A DNA stretch of 64,000 nucleotides from an uncultured Bacteroidales bacterium (GTDB taxonomy: Bacteria > Bacteroidota > Bacteroidia > Bacteroidales > VadinHA17): positions 214,436 to 278,435 of the forward strand of contig CAVWCO010000022.1 in NCBI GenBank assembly GCA_963753495.1, in the 5' to 3' direction. A program made the position numbers and the translations under genes. Positions within the stretch are counted from its first letter, which is position 1, and each line of letters opens with the position of its first letter. A model generated the notes under the pieces. The model searched no databases and had not been told where the DNA came from. It was given only the letters and a program-made list of their open reading frames with translations. This document shows positions 9,412-18,866 of this stretch, piece after piece.

Positions 9412-10882
9412 TCAAACCAGGTATTCGGCACGGCTGGCATCAAGCCTCAAAAAAATAAACAACAGTATAGTGAATCCCCATAAGGAGCTGCCGCCATAAC
9501 TGAGAAAAGGCAGAGGAATTCCTATTACCGGAACAAGCCCTACAGCCATACCTATGTTGATAAAAAAATGAACAAATAGTATTGAAACTACGCCATACCC
9601 GTAAATCCTTGAAAAATCCGAACGTTGCCGCTCGGCAAGAATTATAAGCCTGATCAGGAGAAAAACATATAATCCCACTATTACGAAGGAGCCAAGAAAC
9701 CCCCACTCCTCTCCGATAGTACAGAAAATAAAATCAGTACTCTGAGCCGGTACAAATTTAAACTTGGTCTGCGTTCCCTGAAGATAGCCCTTACCTGAAA
9801 AACCTCCTGATCCAATTGAAATAATAGATTGATTAACATTGTATCCCGTTCCATGGAGATCGGATTTAATTCCCAGTAATATTTCAACCCTCTCCTTCTG
9901 GTGCGGTTTTAAAAGATTACTGAATGCAAAATCCACTGAATTTATATAAACAAGGCTTCCTGCCAGAAACAGAAATATTATCAGGAGCGAAATTGCTTTT
10001 TTGTTATAGAAATAAACACTATAAACTATCCCTGATAGTAATAACTGATAAGAAAAGTATAAATTCATCTTTTAAAGATTTAATTATAAGGCTATTGAAA
10101 AGGCCAACGATAAAAGCAACAAGGATAAAGATAACGAGGCCCGCCAGGCACAATTTCCATTTTCTTGATACAAGCCATGCCGCTATAAATGCAATGACAA
10201 TAACTCCGATAGTAAGATAGAGGTTATTAAACATCAGGGTAAAGAAAAAAAGAATCAGCATGATAAGACCCGAAACAAAGATATATGAACTCATTCCCTC
10301 ACGGAACAGAACGATAAATAATGCAATATAGACCACTGTCGAACCCATATCAGGCTGAACAGCTATCAGGAGGGCCGGTAAAATAATTATACCTATCGAA
10401 CTTAAAAATACAGGAAGTTTTTTCAGGTCATGTTTTTTTGAGTTCAGGAATGCGGCCAATGCCAGTGCTGTCCCGAATTTTGCAAATTCTGAAGGCTGAA
10501 GACTAAGTGACCCGAATTCAAACCACGATCTGGCTCCGTTTATTTCTTTACCAAGTATCAAAACCATTAACAGGAGGAATATCAGACCCCCATAAATAAA
10601 ATAGGCAAAAAAGAAATAGAACCTGGTATCGATCACAACTACAAAGATGGCTACTACTAATGTCGCAAGAATCCATATAAATTGTTTCCCGTATCTCTGG
10701 GAAAGGTCTAATATCCTGGTATGCTCCTCATTATAAACCGCTGCATATATATTGAACCATCCAATAATGATCAATAATAAAAAGACCATAATTGAAGCTT
10801 TGTCAAGCTGCGTCCATATATTACTCCTTGCTGTCACCTGCAATAAGATTAAGATCCAGAATTCTTTGCTCAGACCATGCAT
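9412..10882 (-). pseudogene. rodA: Rod-shape SEDS protein RodA, interrupted by a 1-nt frameshift (as assembled)
   Basis: ORFs 10019..10882 (287 aa, N-terminal TM segments) and 9412..10068 (218 aa, with GSGGFSGKGYLQGTQ and IPLPFLSYGGSS) together make one FtsW/RodA protein of about 489 aa. It is the last gene of the mre-mrdA operon. Confidence 0.85.
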
Positions 10883-12653
10883 TGGTTATCTTGCCGGTCA
10901 AATATTTCTCAATCATCAAACTTGCCACCGGGGCGGCATATGTTGCGCCGAATCCGGCATTTTCCACATAGACTGCAATCGCGATTTTAGGATCATCTTT
11001 TGGGGCAAATGCTATGAACACCGAATGATCCTTTCTGTTTCCGTGGGGATTCTGCGCGGTGCCGGTTTTCCCACAGACGATTATATCCCTGAGGGCTGCT
11101 ATTCTTGCAGTAGAGCCTTCTCCACCATTAACAGCCTCTTCCATACCGCGAATTATTGTTTCAAAATTAGCCGAATCAATATTGATAATCTGTTTTGTAC
11201 GGTATTTCTGATCAATCTGATTATCAGTTCCAATAGTTTTTACAATATGAGGAATAAAATAATAGCCCTTGTTGGCAATGGCAGCAGTCATGTTAGCCAT
11301 CTGCAGCGGTGTAGTTTCTATCTCACCCTGTCCTATTGCCATTGAAATGACTGTTAATGCTTTCCACTTGTTTTTTCCATAGTATTTGTCAAAATATGCA
11401 GTTGAAGGGACAAGGCCTGTAAGCTCATTTGCAAACTCAATTCCCAGCTTTTTTCCGAATCCGAATTCATTCAGATATTCTTTCCACTTTGTAAAAGCAT
11501 CAGCGATTGTGGGATATTGAGGATTTTCAAGTATCCGCCTGTAGACCTGGCAGAAATATGAATTGCACGAATGCGAAATTCCATTAATGAGATCCAGAGG
11601 AGAACTGTGCGAATGACATCCAACAAACAAATATCCGTTATTGCAGCCAAATATCGTTGAAGGAGTTATTACCTGTTCCTGCAGTCCGATCAGGCCGTTA
11701 ATAGGTTTGAAAGTGGAACCCGGGGGATACTTTGCCTGAAGCGCCCTGTTGAACAATGGCTTCAGGGCTGTGTCGGCGCTGAGCCTGGCAAAATTTTGTG
11801 ACCTTATTCTGCCAACAAGGAGTCCCGGATCATAATTCGGCGCCGATACAAGTGCAAGGACTTCTCCCGTCTTTGGCTCAAGAGCAACGATGCTTCCTGT
11901 TTTATTCTTCATCAGCATTTCACCGTACTCCTGGAGATCCATATCCATTGTCGAAATAATATCCTCACCCTGAATGGCCACCGTATCCATCCTCCCTTCA
12001 GCATATGATCCTTTTATTCTGCTGTAAACATCTACCAGGTATATCTTTACACCTCTCTGACCTCTCAGCTCTTTTTCATAAGCTTCCTCGATTCCCAGCT
12101 TTCCGATATAATCACCCGATTTGTAGTAGGGTTCTTTATTAATAAGTGCTTCGTCAACTTCGCTCACATATCCCAGAAGATGTGCACCGATAGGTTTGGA
12201 ATACTTTCGCAAAGTTCTGGGCTGTACATAAAATCCCGGAAACATAAACATCTTCTCCTGCAATCTTGCATAGGATTCTGCAGAAATCTGTTTTAAAAAT
12301 ACTGAAGGGGCACGGCGGGAATAGCTTAAAGCGTCACCCATCCTTTCACGGAATGATGCATTGGATATCCCCAGAAGGGCACAGAACTCCGTAGTATCGA
12401 TTTTTATGACCTGTGCAGGAACAACCATAAGATCATATGCAGCCTGGTTATAAACCATAAGCCTCTTATTCCTGTCAAAAATCAATCCTCTTGCAGGATA
12501 TTGGGTAACATACCTCAGTACATTATTATCGGCCGACATCCTGTATGTATCCTTTACAACCTGGATAGTAAACAGCCTGATAAGAAGTACCAGTGATGCC
12601 ATTATAATAATTGCCATCACTGTATATTTCCTGTTGATGAATGCATCTTTCAT
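10821..12653 (-). CDS. mrdA: Penicillin-binding protein 2 (elongasome transpeptidase)
   Basis: 610 aa. N-terminal TM anchor and a transpeptidase domain (STFK-type motif GSTFKP, KTGTA). Operon context with mreBCD and rodA. Confidence 0.9.
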   Translation of the reverse strand: MKDAFINRKYTVMAIIIMASLVLLIRLFTIQVVKDTYRMSADNNVLRYVTQYPARGLIFDRNKRLMVYNQAAYDLMVVPAQVIKIDTTEFCALLGISNASFRERMGDALSYSRRAPSVFLKQISAESYARLQEKMFMFPGFYVQPRTLRKYSKPIGAHLLGYVSEVDEALINKEPYYKSGDYIGKLGIEEAYEKELRGQRGVKIYLVDVYSRIKGSYAEGRMDTVAIQGEDIISTMDMDLQEYGEMLMKNKTGSIVALEPKTGEVLALVSAPNYDPGLLVGRIRSQNFARLSADTALKPLFNRALQAKYPPGSTFKPINGLIGLQEQVITPSTIFGCNNGYLFVGCHSHSSPLDLINGISHSCNSYFCQVYRRILENPQYPTIADAFTKWKEYLNEFGFGKKLGIEFANELTGLVPSTAYFDKYYGKNKWKALTVISMAIGQGEIETTPLQMANMTAAIANKGYYFIPHIVKTIGTDNQIDQKYRTKQIINIDSANFETIIRGMEEAVNGGEGSTARIAALRDIIVCGKTGTAQNPHGNRKDHSVFIAFAPKDDPKIAIAVYVENAGFGATYAAPVASLMIEKYLTGKITNAWSEQRILDLNLIAGDSKE

Positions 12654-12663
12654 AACGGAACTT

Positions 12664-13170
12664 TTACCTCCCTTTCCTGTAGTATGAGATAAGGAGGATA
12701 AATCCTAGTGTAAAGAATGAACTCAGCAGGACCCTGAATATTGTTCTGAAGAAATCTGTCAATCTGAAAACTTCCAGAAAGAAGAGAGCTGTATGGTGAA
12801 TAAGAACTATAACCGCGGCATAAATAAAGAACCACCTGAATCCGTAGGCAGCCATTGAGAGATCTGACCCTGATTCATAACCATCGCGGGGTGAAATTAT
12901 CCTTAAAACATATTGACGGGAAAAGCCTGCAAGAAGAGTGGCTGATGCGTGCATTCCCGGAGATCCTGAGAACAGATCAATAACAAGTCCTGACAGAAAG
13001 GATATAATAAGGACGACCCATGAGGGTGTCAGCGACGGAAGCAGAAGCACGATCATTATGTAAACATAGGGATTGACAAAACCACTGAACTGAATATGGT
13101 TCAGGACCAGTACCTGAAACAGGATCAGGAGTATAAAAATTGCACTGAACCTTAAAATGGAATTGATCAT
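12664..13170 (-). CDS. mreD: Rod shape-determining protein MreD
   Basis: 168 aa, polytopic membrane protein immediately downstream of mreC (4-nt overlap). Confidence 0.75.
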   Translation of the reverse strand: MINSILRFSAIFILLILFQVLVLNHIQFSGFVNPYVYIMIVLLLPSLTPSWVVLIISFLSGLVIDLFSGSPGMHASATLLAGFSRQYVLRIISPRDGYESGSDLSMAAYGFRWFFIYAAVIVLIHHTALFFLEVFRLTDFFRTIFRVLLSSFFTLGFILLISYYRKGR

Positions 13171-13988
13171 TGAAGTTGATTTTCGAGTCCGAGTTGTTCT
13201 GTTCTTTTCAGATTGCCGATAACATCTACATACTGCAGATTCCTGAAATCGGTAAAAAGTTCAATTGTTATTTTATAAAAATCACTTCCGCTTTTCTTTA
13301 GATCACTTACCTTACCTACCAGCATACCCTCAGGGAATATTGCAGAATATCCGGTAGTTTCAATTGTGTCGCCAATGGCAACATTTATGTGCTGCGGAAT
13401 CTCATTCAGGACAGCATGCATGTAATTTCTTCCATCCCAGTTCAACGATCCAAAGTAACCGTTTGATTTGATCCTGGCGCTTAACCTGAAATCAAGATTA
13501 AGCAGAGAAATGGCAATAGAAAAATTTTCCGAGCAGCTAACAATAACTCCGGCTACATTCTTCCCGTCTGCAACTGCCATATCAACCTTTATTCCCTGTC
13601 TGTTCCCTTTATTGACTGTAAAAAAGTTCTTTTGCTTATTTACTGAATTATTTATTACCCTGGCCGAAGTGTATTGGTACTGCTGTATGAACTGAGAGTC
13701 GCTAACAGAAATAAATCTGACGTTATCCTGGCTTGTAAATTGCTCGAGCCTGTTTCTTAAAGCATTGTTTTCTGATGCCAGGGTCTCATTAACTTCACGG
13801 AGGCTCAGGAAATATCGGATATTACTGAGCCTTTCTTCCATACTCCTTGTCACTCCCTGCGTACCCTTAACCATCCTGGAATTATGATAACTGTTACCTG
13901 CAGCAAGCCAGTAAAACGCTATTCCTTCCAATATCAGAAAGACAATAAGATTATTGTATTTCAACAGAAAGTTCAGCAGGTTTCTCAT
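13167..13988 (-). CDS. mreC: Rod shape-determining protein MreC
   Basis: 273 aa. N-terminal TM segment, a coiled-coil stretch, then a beta-rich domain. Located between mreB and mreD. Confidence 0.85.
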   Translation of the reverse strand: MRNLLNFLLKYNNLIVFLILEGIAFYWLAAGNSYHNSRMVKGTQGVTRSMEERLSNIRYFLSLREVNETLASENNALRNRLEQFTSQDNVRFISVSDSQFIQQYQYTSARVINNSVNKQKNFFTVNKGNRQGIKVDMAVADGKNVAGVIVSCSENFSIAISLLNLDFRLSARIKSNGYFGSLNWDGRNYMHAVLNEIPQHINVAIGDTIETTGYSAIFPEGMLVGKVSDLKKSGSDFYKITIELFTDFRNLQYVDVIGNLKRTEQLGLENQLQ

Positions 13989-14001
13989 TCAAGCCGGGAT
14001 A

Positions 14002-15024
14002 TTATCTCATCAGGAATTGAAACTTATCAACATTTTTTAATGCAACGCCAGTTCCTCTTGCAACAGCATGCAGTGGATCTTCCACAACATTGAAGTTTAT
14101 ATTTATTTTATCCGAAAGTCTCTTATCGAGGCCTCTCAGCAAAGCACCGCCGCCTGCCAGATAAATTCCCTTGTTCACAATATCGGCGTAAAGTTCCGGA
14201 GGTGTCTGTTCCAGAACATTAAGAAGCGCCGCTTCAACTTTTGTAAGGGATTTATCAAGACAATAGGCAATTTCCTGATACGAAATCGGGATTTCAATAG
14301 GCAGGGAAGTCATAATATTGGGTCCTCTGACAATATAATCAGGAGGAGGATTATCAATGTCAGGAAGAGCAGCGCCAACTGCTATCTTGATATCCTCGGC
14401 TGTTCTTTCACCTATTTTTATATTATGCTGATGTCTCATATATGATTGGATATCAGCTGTAAATCCATCACCAGCAATCCTTATTGATTTATTGCAGACT
14501 ATCCCTCCCAGTGCTATAACAGCAATTTCAGTTGTACCTCCTCCGACATCAATGATCATACATCCTTCAGGAGCCTCAACATCAAGCCCGATCCCAATTG
14601 CTGCGGCCATAGGCTCATAAATCATATATACATCACGTCCTCCGGCATGTTCTGATGAGTCACGCACGGCGCGAAGCTCAACTTCTGTGCTGCCCGAAGG
14701 GATGCATACAACCATTTTCAAAGAAGGGGAGAAGAACTTTGATCCGGTATTTATCTTTTTTATCATTCCCCGTATCATGAGTTCAGCAGCATTAAAGTCA
14801 GCAATTACACCGTCGCGAAGCGGCCTGACAGTCCGGATGTTCTCATGAGTCTTTCCATGCATCTGCCTTGCTGCTTCGCCAATTGCTATCAACTTACCCG
14901 AATTCTTATCAATTGCAACTATCGACGGCTCATCAACAACTATCTTATCATTATGTATGATAACTGTATTTGCTGTTCCAAGGTCGATTGCAATCTCCTG
15001 TGTTAAAAATGAAAATAGTCCCAT
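14002..15024 (-). CDS. mreB: Rod shape-determining actin homologue MreB
   Basis: 340 aa. IAIDLGTANT, DVGGGTTEIA and LAGGGALLRGLD actin/Hsp70-fold motifs. Confidence 0.95.
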   Translation of the reverse strand: MGLFSFLTQEIAIDLGTANTVIIHNDKIVVDEPSIVAIDKNSGKLIAIGEAARQMHGKTHENIRTVRPLRDGVIADFNAAELMIRGMIKKINTGSKFFSPSLKMVVCIPSGSTEVELRAVRDSSEHAGGRDVYMIYEPMAAAIGIGLDVEAPEGCMIIDVGGGTTEIAVIALGGIVCNKSIRIAGDGFTADIQSYMRHQHNIKIGERTAEDIKIAVGAALPDIDNPPPDYIVRGPNIMTSLPIEIPISYQEIAYCLDKSLTKVEAALLNVLEQTPPELYADIVNKGIYLAGGGALLRGLDKRLSDKININFNVVEDPLHAVARGTGVALKNVDKFQFLMR

Positions 15025-15047
15025 ATAATGAGAAAATTAATTATTAT

Positions 15048-16571
15048 TTAGTGTTTAAAATGTCTTTTACCTGTGAATACCATCGCTACCCCGTTTGAGG
15101 TACAGAAATCAATCGAATCCTGATCCCTTACTGATCCGCCCGGCTGGACAATTGCAGTAATTCCGGCTTTCTGTGCTATTTCAACGCTGTCGGCGAATGG
15201 GAAGAAAGCATCCGAAGCAAGAACAGCCCCTTTAAGATCGAATTTGAACGATCGTGCTTTTTCTATAGCCTGTTTTAATGCATCCACCCTTGATGTCTGG
15301 CCTATCCCGCTTGCGCACAGCTGCTTGTTCCTGGCCAGTACTATCGCGTTTGACTTGCTGTGTTTTACGATCTTATTTGCAAACACAAGATCTTCAGTTT
15401 CTTCAGGTGATGGAGCTTTGGGGGTTACAGACCTCATATCATGTGCAGATTCCGTACTGGTGTCGGTTTCCTGCCAAAGGACTCCGTTAAGCAACGACCT
15501 GAAATAATGAGGATTCCTGTCTTTCTCTTTCCTTTTCAGGATTATTCTGTTCTTCTTTTGCTTTAGTATCTCAAGGGCTTTTTCGTCAAAATCAGGAGCA
15601 ATGATTATTTCAAAAAAGATTTTGTCAATCTCAGCAGCTTCCGATTCCCCAACAGGTACATTCACAGCTATTACCCCTCCGTATGCAGAAACCGGATCGC
15701 AGGCAAGTGCATCTCTCCAGGCTACTGCCGGATTTTCGCGTGATGCTACACCGCATGCATTATTATGTTTAACAATTACATAGGTGGTTTCATTAAACTC
15801 GTCGAGAAGTGAAAGAGCTGCATCGATGTCAAGAAAATTGTTATATGATATCTCTTTACCATGTAACTTCGCAAACAGCTTGTCCTGATCACCGTAAAAG
15901 ATCCCTTTCTGATGAGGATTTTCTCCATACCGAAGCGGATATGATGTATTTATGCTTTCCCTGAAAACATCAATACCTGCACTCCTGTTGAAATATTTAA
16001 AAATAGCAGTGTCATAGTGTGAAGAAGTTTTAAAAGCTTCCGCCGCATAATATTTCCGGTCATCAGAAGATGTGAATCCTTTCTTATCTTTAAGGAGGGT
16101 AAGCAACTGCTTGTACTGATTACTGCCAGAGACTACCAGGACATCCCTGAAATTTTTAGCTGCTGCCCGTATAAGCGATATCCCTCCAATATCTATCTTT
16201 TCGATGATTTCTTCCTCGTTGTCAACCGATTTTACAGTTTTTTCAAAAGGATACAGATCAACAATAACCAGGTCGATAACTGGGATCCTGTATGTTGCAA
16301 GCTGTTCAATATCCTCATTATTCTCCCTCCTTGCAAGAATGCCTCCGAAAACTGAAGGATGAAGTGTTTTTACCCTGCCTCCCAGGATCGAAGGGTAAGT
16401 GGTCAGTGATTCAACGGTCTCAGCTGCTACTCCCAGTTCTTTAATAAAATTATAGGTACCCCCTGTGGAGTAAATTTTTACTCCCAATTCATCAAGCGTG
16501 TGTATAATATCATCAAGGTCATCTTTATAATAGACTGAGATCAATGCACTTCTGATTCTTTTATCACTCAT
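15048..16571 (-). CDS. purH: Bifunctional AICAR transformylase / IMP cyclohydrolase
   Basis: 507 aa. ALISVYYKD...STGGT...GGRVKTLHP N-terminal MGS-like domain plus a C-terminal AICARFT domain. Confidence 0.95.
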   Translation of the reverse strand: MSDKRIRSALISVYYKDDLDDIIHTLDELGVKIYSTGGTYNFIKELGVAAETVESLTTYPSILGGRVKTLHPSVFGGILARRENNEDIEQLATYRIPVIDLVIVDLYPFEKTVKSVDNEEEIIEKIDIGGISLIRAAAKNFRDVLVVSGSNQYKQLLTLLKDKKGFTSSDDRKYYAAEAFKTSSHYDTAIFKYFNRSAGIDVFRESINTSYPLRYGENPHQKGIFYGDQDKLFAKLHGKEISYNNFLDIDAALSLLDEFNETTYVIVKHNNACGVASRENPAVAWRDALACDPVSAYGGVIAVNVPVGESEAAEIDKIFFEIIIAPDFDEKALEILKQKKNRIILKRKEKDRNPHYFRSLLNGVLWQETDTSTESAHDMRSVTPKAPSPEETEDLVFANKIVKHSKSNAIVLARNKQLCASGIGQTSRVDALKQAIEKARSFKFDLKGAVLASDAFFPFADSVEIAQKAGITAIVQPGGSVRDQDSIDFCTSNGVAMVFTGKRHFKH

Positions 16572-16707
16572 TATCTGATTTATATGATAGGTTACTCCCT
16601 GCAGATTCAGGCGGTTAAAAATAGATATTTTTTTATTATCCTCAATACAAAATAATTATGAATATTTGTACCTGTAAATTGAGCTGGTAAAATCTAAATG
16701 ATTTTCT

Positions 16708-16715
16708 TACCTTTG
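16708..16715 (+). promoter_or_regulatory. Candidate -7 box (TAnnTTTG) for the 16748 permease gene
   Basis: tacctttg lies 33 nt upstream of ATG 16748. Confidence 0.3.
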
Positions 16716-16747
16716 ACTTTCAAATAAATTTTGAAAAAAATTCAAAA

Positions 16748-17995
16748 ATGACTTTAAGGCTTCTGAAGGAGGGATTTTTGTTTGCTGCCAAATCAGTGGT
16801 AGTTAATAAGTTACGCACCTTTTTGTCACTTTTTGGGATAACTATTGGTATTTTCTGTATCATATCGGTTTTTACAGTTCTTGACTGGCTTGAAAAATCA
16901 ATACGCGACAGCATTAATTCCATGGGTAATAATGTCGTTTATGTACAGAAATTTCCCTGGTCTTTCGACGGCAATCTTGCATGGTGGGATATTATCAAAT
17001 GGCCGTCAATTTCGCTCGATGATTATCAGGCTGTTTTAAACAAATCGACAAAAGCGGAAGCAGTTTCTCTTGTGGCATCAAAGATGGATAATATTAAATA
17101 CAGGAATAATGCGGCAAATGATGCCATTCTGGCCGGCGTGACAAATGATCTGGAAAGAGTGGTTGCTTTTGAGATCGAAAAGGGACGCTATTTTTCTCCC
17201 TTCGAATATACCAGCGGCAGTAATGTGGCGGTCATTGGAGCTGAAATTGCTGAAAGGCTGTTTGAAAATGCTGATCCTGTCGGAAAGGAAGTTACCATGT
17301 CAGGCTATAAAGCCAGAATAATTGGCGTTCTGAAAAAAGAAGGACAGGGAGGCATCAGCCTGAGCAATGTAGACCAGCTTACCCTTGTACCCTTGAATTT
17401 TGGCAGGAGTTTCATCAACCTCCGGAACAGATTTGTCGATTCCCAGATGATGATAAAGGCTAAACCTGACGTGTCAGCACAGGAACTTTCTGATGAAATA
17501 ACAATGGTTCTGAGAGCATCAAGGAGATTAAGACCCGCTGAGACCACAAATTTTTCAGTCAATACCCCAACAATGCTTTCTCAGGGTTTTGAGACTGTTT
17601 TTAAGGGTATAAATATTGGTGGCTGGATTATAGGATGTTTTGCCATACTGGTCGGAGGATTCGGAATTGCCAACATCATGTTTGTATCGGTCAGGGAGAG
17701 AACAAATATTATTGGTATCCAGAAAGCGCTGGGAGCCAAGAGGTTTTTTATACTGGAGCAATTTCTTACCGAATCGGTTCTTCTTTCAATTGCCGGTGGA
17801 TTGCTTGGACTTTTACTGATCTTTATCGGGACCCTGGTGGTGAATTACCTTTACGACCTGAATATGTACCTTACCATAGGCAATATATTTCTTGCAGTTT
17901 TTATTTCCGGGGTAATAGGTATAGTAGCAGGGTACGCTCCTGCAAATGCTGCTGCCAGAATGAACCCCGTCGATGCCATCGGATTCTCATTCTGA
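16748..17995 (+). CDS. ABC transporter permease, MacB/FtsX family
   Basis: 415 aa. TM1, a periplasmic domain of about 230 aa, then a C-terminal FtsX-type 3-TM bundle ([10 protein letters not shown]...). Confidence 0.8.
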   Translation: MTLRLLKEGFLFAAKSVVVNKLRTFLSLFGITIGIFCIISVFTVLDWLEKSIRDSINSMGNNVVYVQKFPWSFDGNLAWWDIIKWPSISLDDYQAVLNKSTKAEAVSLVASKMDNIKYRNNAANDAILAGVTNDLERVVAFEIEKGRYFSPFEYTSGSNVAVIGAEIAERLFENADPVGKEVTMSGYKARIIGVLKKEGQGGISLSNVDQLTLVPLNFGRSFINLRNRFVDSQMMIKAKPDVSAQELSDEITMVLRASRRLRPAETTNFSVNTPTMLSQGFETVFKGINIGGWIIGCFAILVGGFGIANIMFVSVRERTNIIGIQKALGAKRFFILEQFLTESVLLSIAGGLLGLLLIFIGTLVVNYLYDLNMYLTIGNIFLAVFISGVIGIVAGYAPANAAARMNPVDAIGFSF

Positions 17996-18769
17996 TGTTT
18001 TCAGGTTACTTTCAATCCAGTTCGTAAGTTCCACAAACTGATTCACCGAGAGCTGCTCAGGCCTCAGATGGAAATCGTGATAGTCAAAAGTCTTAAGGTC
18101 AAAAGCTGCTCTGACTGAATTTTTTAATGTCTTACGGCGCTGATTAAAACAGCCTTTGACCACCTTAATAAACAGCGTTTCATTGCAGTCAAGGGATATT
18201 GTTTCATTCCTTCTCAGCCTGATCACACCTGATAAAACTTTGGGAGGAGGTGAAAACACCTTGTTTGAGACTGAAAACAAGTATTCCGCCGAATAAAATG
18301 CCTGGATTAAAACACTAAGAATACCGTAGGTTTTTGAACCGGGCTTTGCACAGATTCTTTCAGCAACCTCCTTCTGCAGCATCCCGCATACCTCCGCTAT
18401 TTTTTCCCGGTATTTCAAAACCCTGAATAAAATCTGGCTTGAAATATTATATGGGAAATTGCCGATGATTGCTAATTTCCCGTTATAGTTTGCATCAACA
18501 TCAAATGTAAGGAAGTCTCCTGTTATAATATGTTTCAGCTCCGGAAACTTCTCGCCCAGATAATGAACAGATTCATTATCAATTTCAATTACGCTGAAAT
18601 CCGGAAATTCTCTCCTGATAATAAATTCAGTGAGTATTCCCATTCCGGGACCAATTTCCAGGACGCTATTGTAACCCTCTCCTGTAAGCGAAGCAGAAAT
18701 TCTTTGAGCAATTCCCTTATCTTTCAGAAAGTGCTGTCCCAGATTTTTCTTTGGATATACACTACTCAT
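17987..18769 (-). CDS. rsmA: 16S rRNA (adenine1518/1519-N6)-dimethyltransferase
   Basis: 260 aa. KKNLGQHFL and [15 protein letters not shown]-binding motifs, and NFPYNISS. Confidence 0.9.
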   Translation of the reverse strand: MSSVYPKKNLGQHFLKDKGIAQRISASLTGEGYNSVLEIGPGMGILTEFIIRREFPDFSVIEIDNESVHYLGEKFPELKHIITGDFLTFDVDANYNGKLAIIGNFPYNISSQILFRVLKYREKIAEVCGMLQKEVAERICAKPGSKTYGILSVLIQAFYSAEYLFSVSNKVFSPPPKVLSGVIRLRRNETISLDCNETLFIKVVKGCFNQRRKTLKNSVRAAFDLKTFDYHDFHLRPEQLSVNQFVELTNWIESNLKTSE

Positions 18770-18780
18770 AGATTTTTTTT

Positions 18781-18850
18781 AGCTCCCCTTCACCCCTGCC
18801 TTGCGCCGCAGGAAAGGTTATGCGGAGGCGTAAAGATAAGGGGCTGTGGG
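18781..18850. other. GC-rich, strongly self-complementary intergenic element of unknown function
   Basis: agctccccttcacccctgccttgcgccgcaggaaaggttatgcggaggcgtaaagataaggggctgtggg. The outer pairing is cccctt / aagggg, with inner gccgca / tgcgg(a)ggc. It is flanked by T8 (18773..18780). Confidence 0.3.
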
Positions 18851-18866
18851 ATTAGGTGTTACTTTT

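Noticed and set aside
10752-11345. 197-aa plus-strand ORF.
   Set aside because: It is antisense to mrdA/rodA, with a Cys/His-rich random-looking composition, so it is spurious.
16572-16640. Possible ZTP (pfl) riboswitch upstream of purH, because the leader contains CCGCCTG.
   Set aside because: The rest of the ZTP consensus is absent: there is no GGGTCGTGAC-type 5' subdomain and no pseudoknot partner. The match is a short chance similarity.
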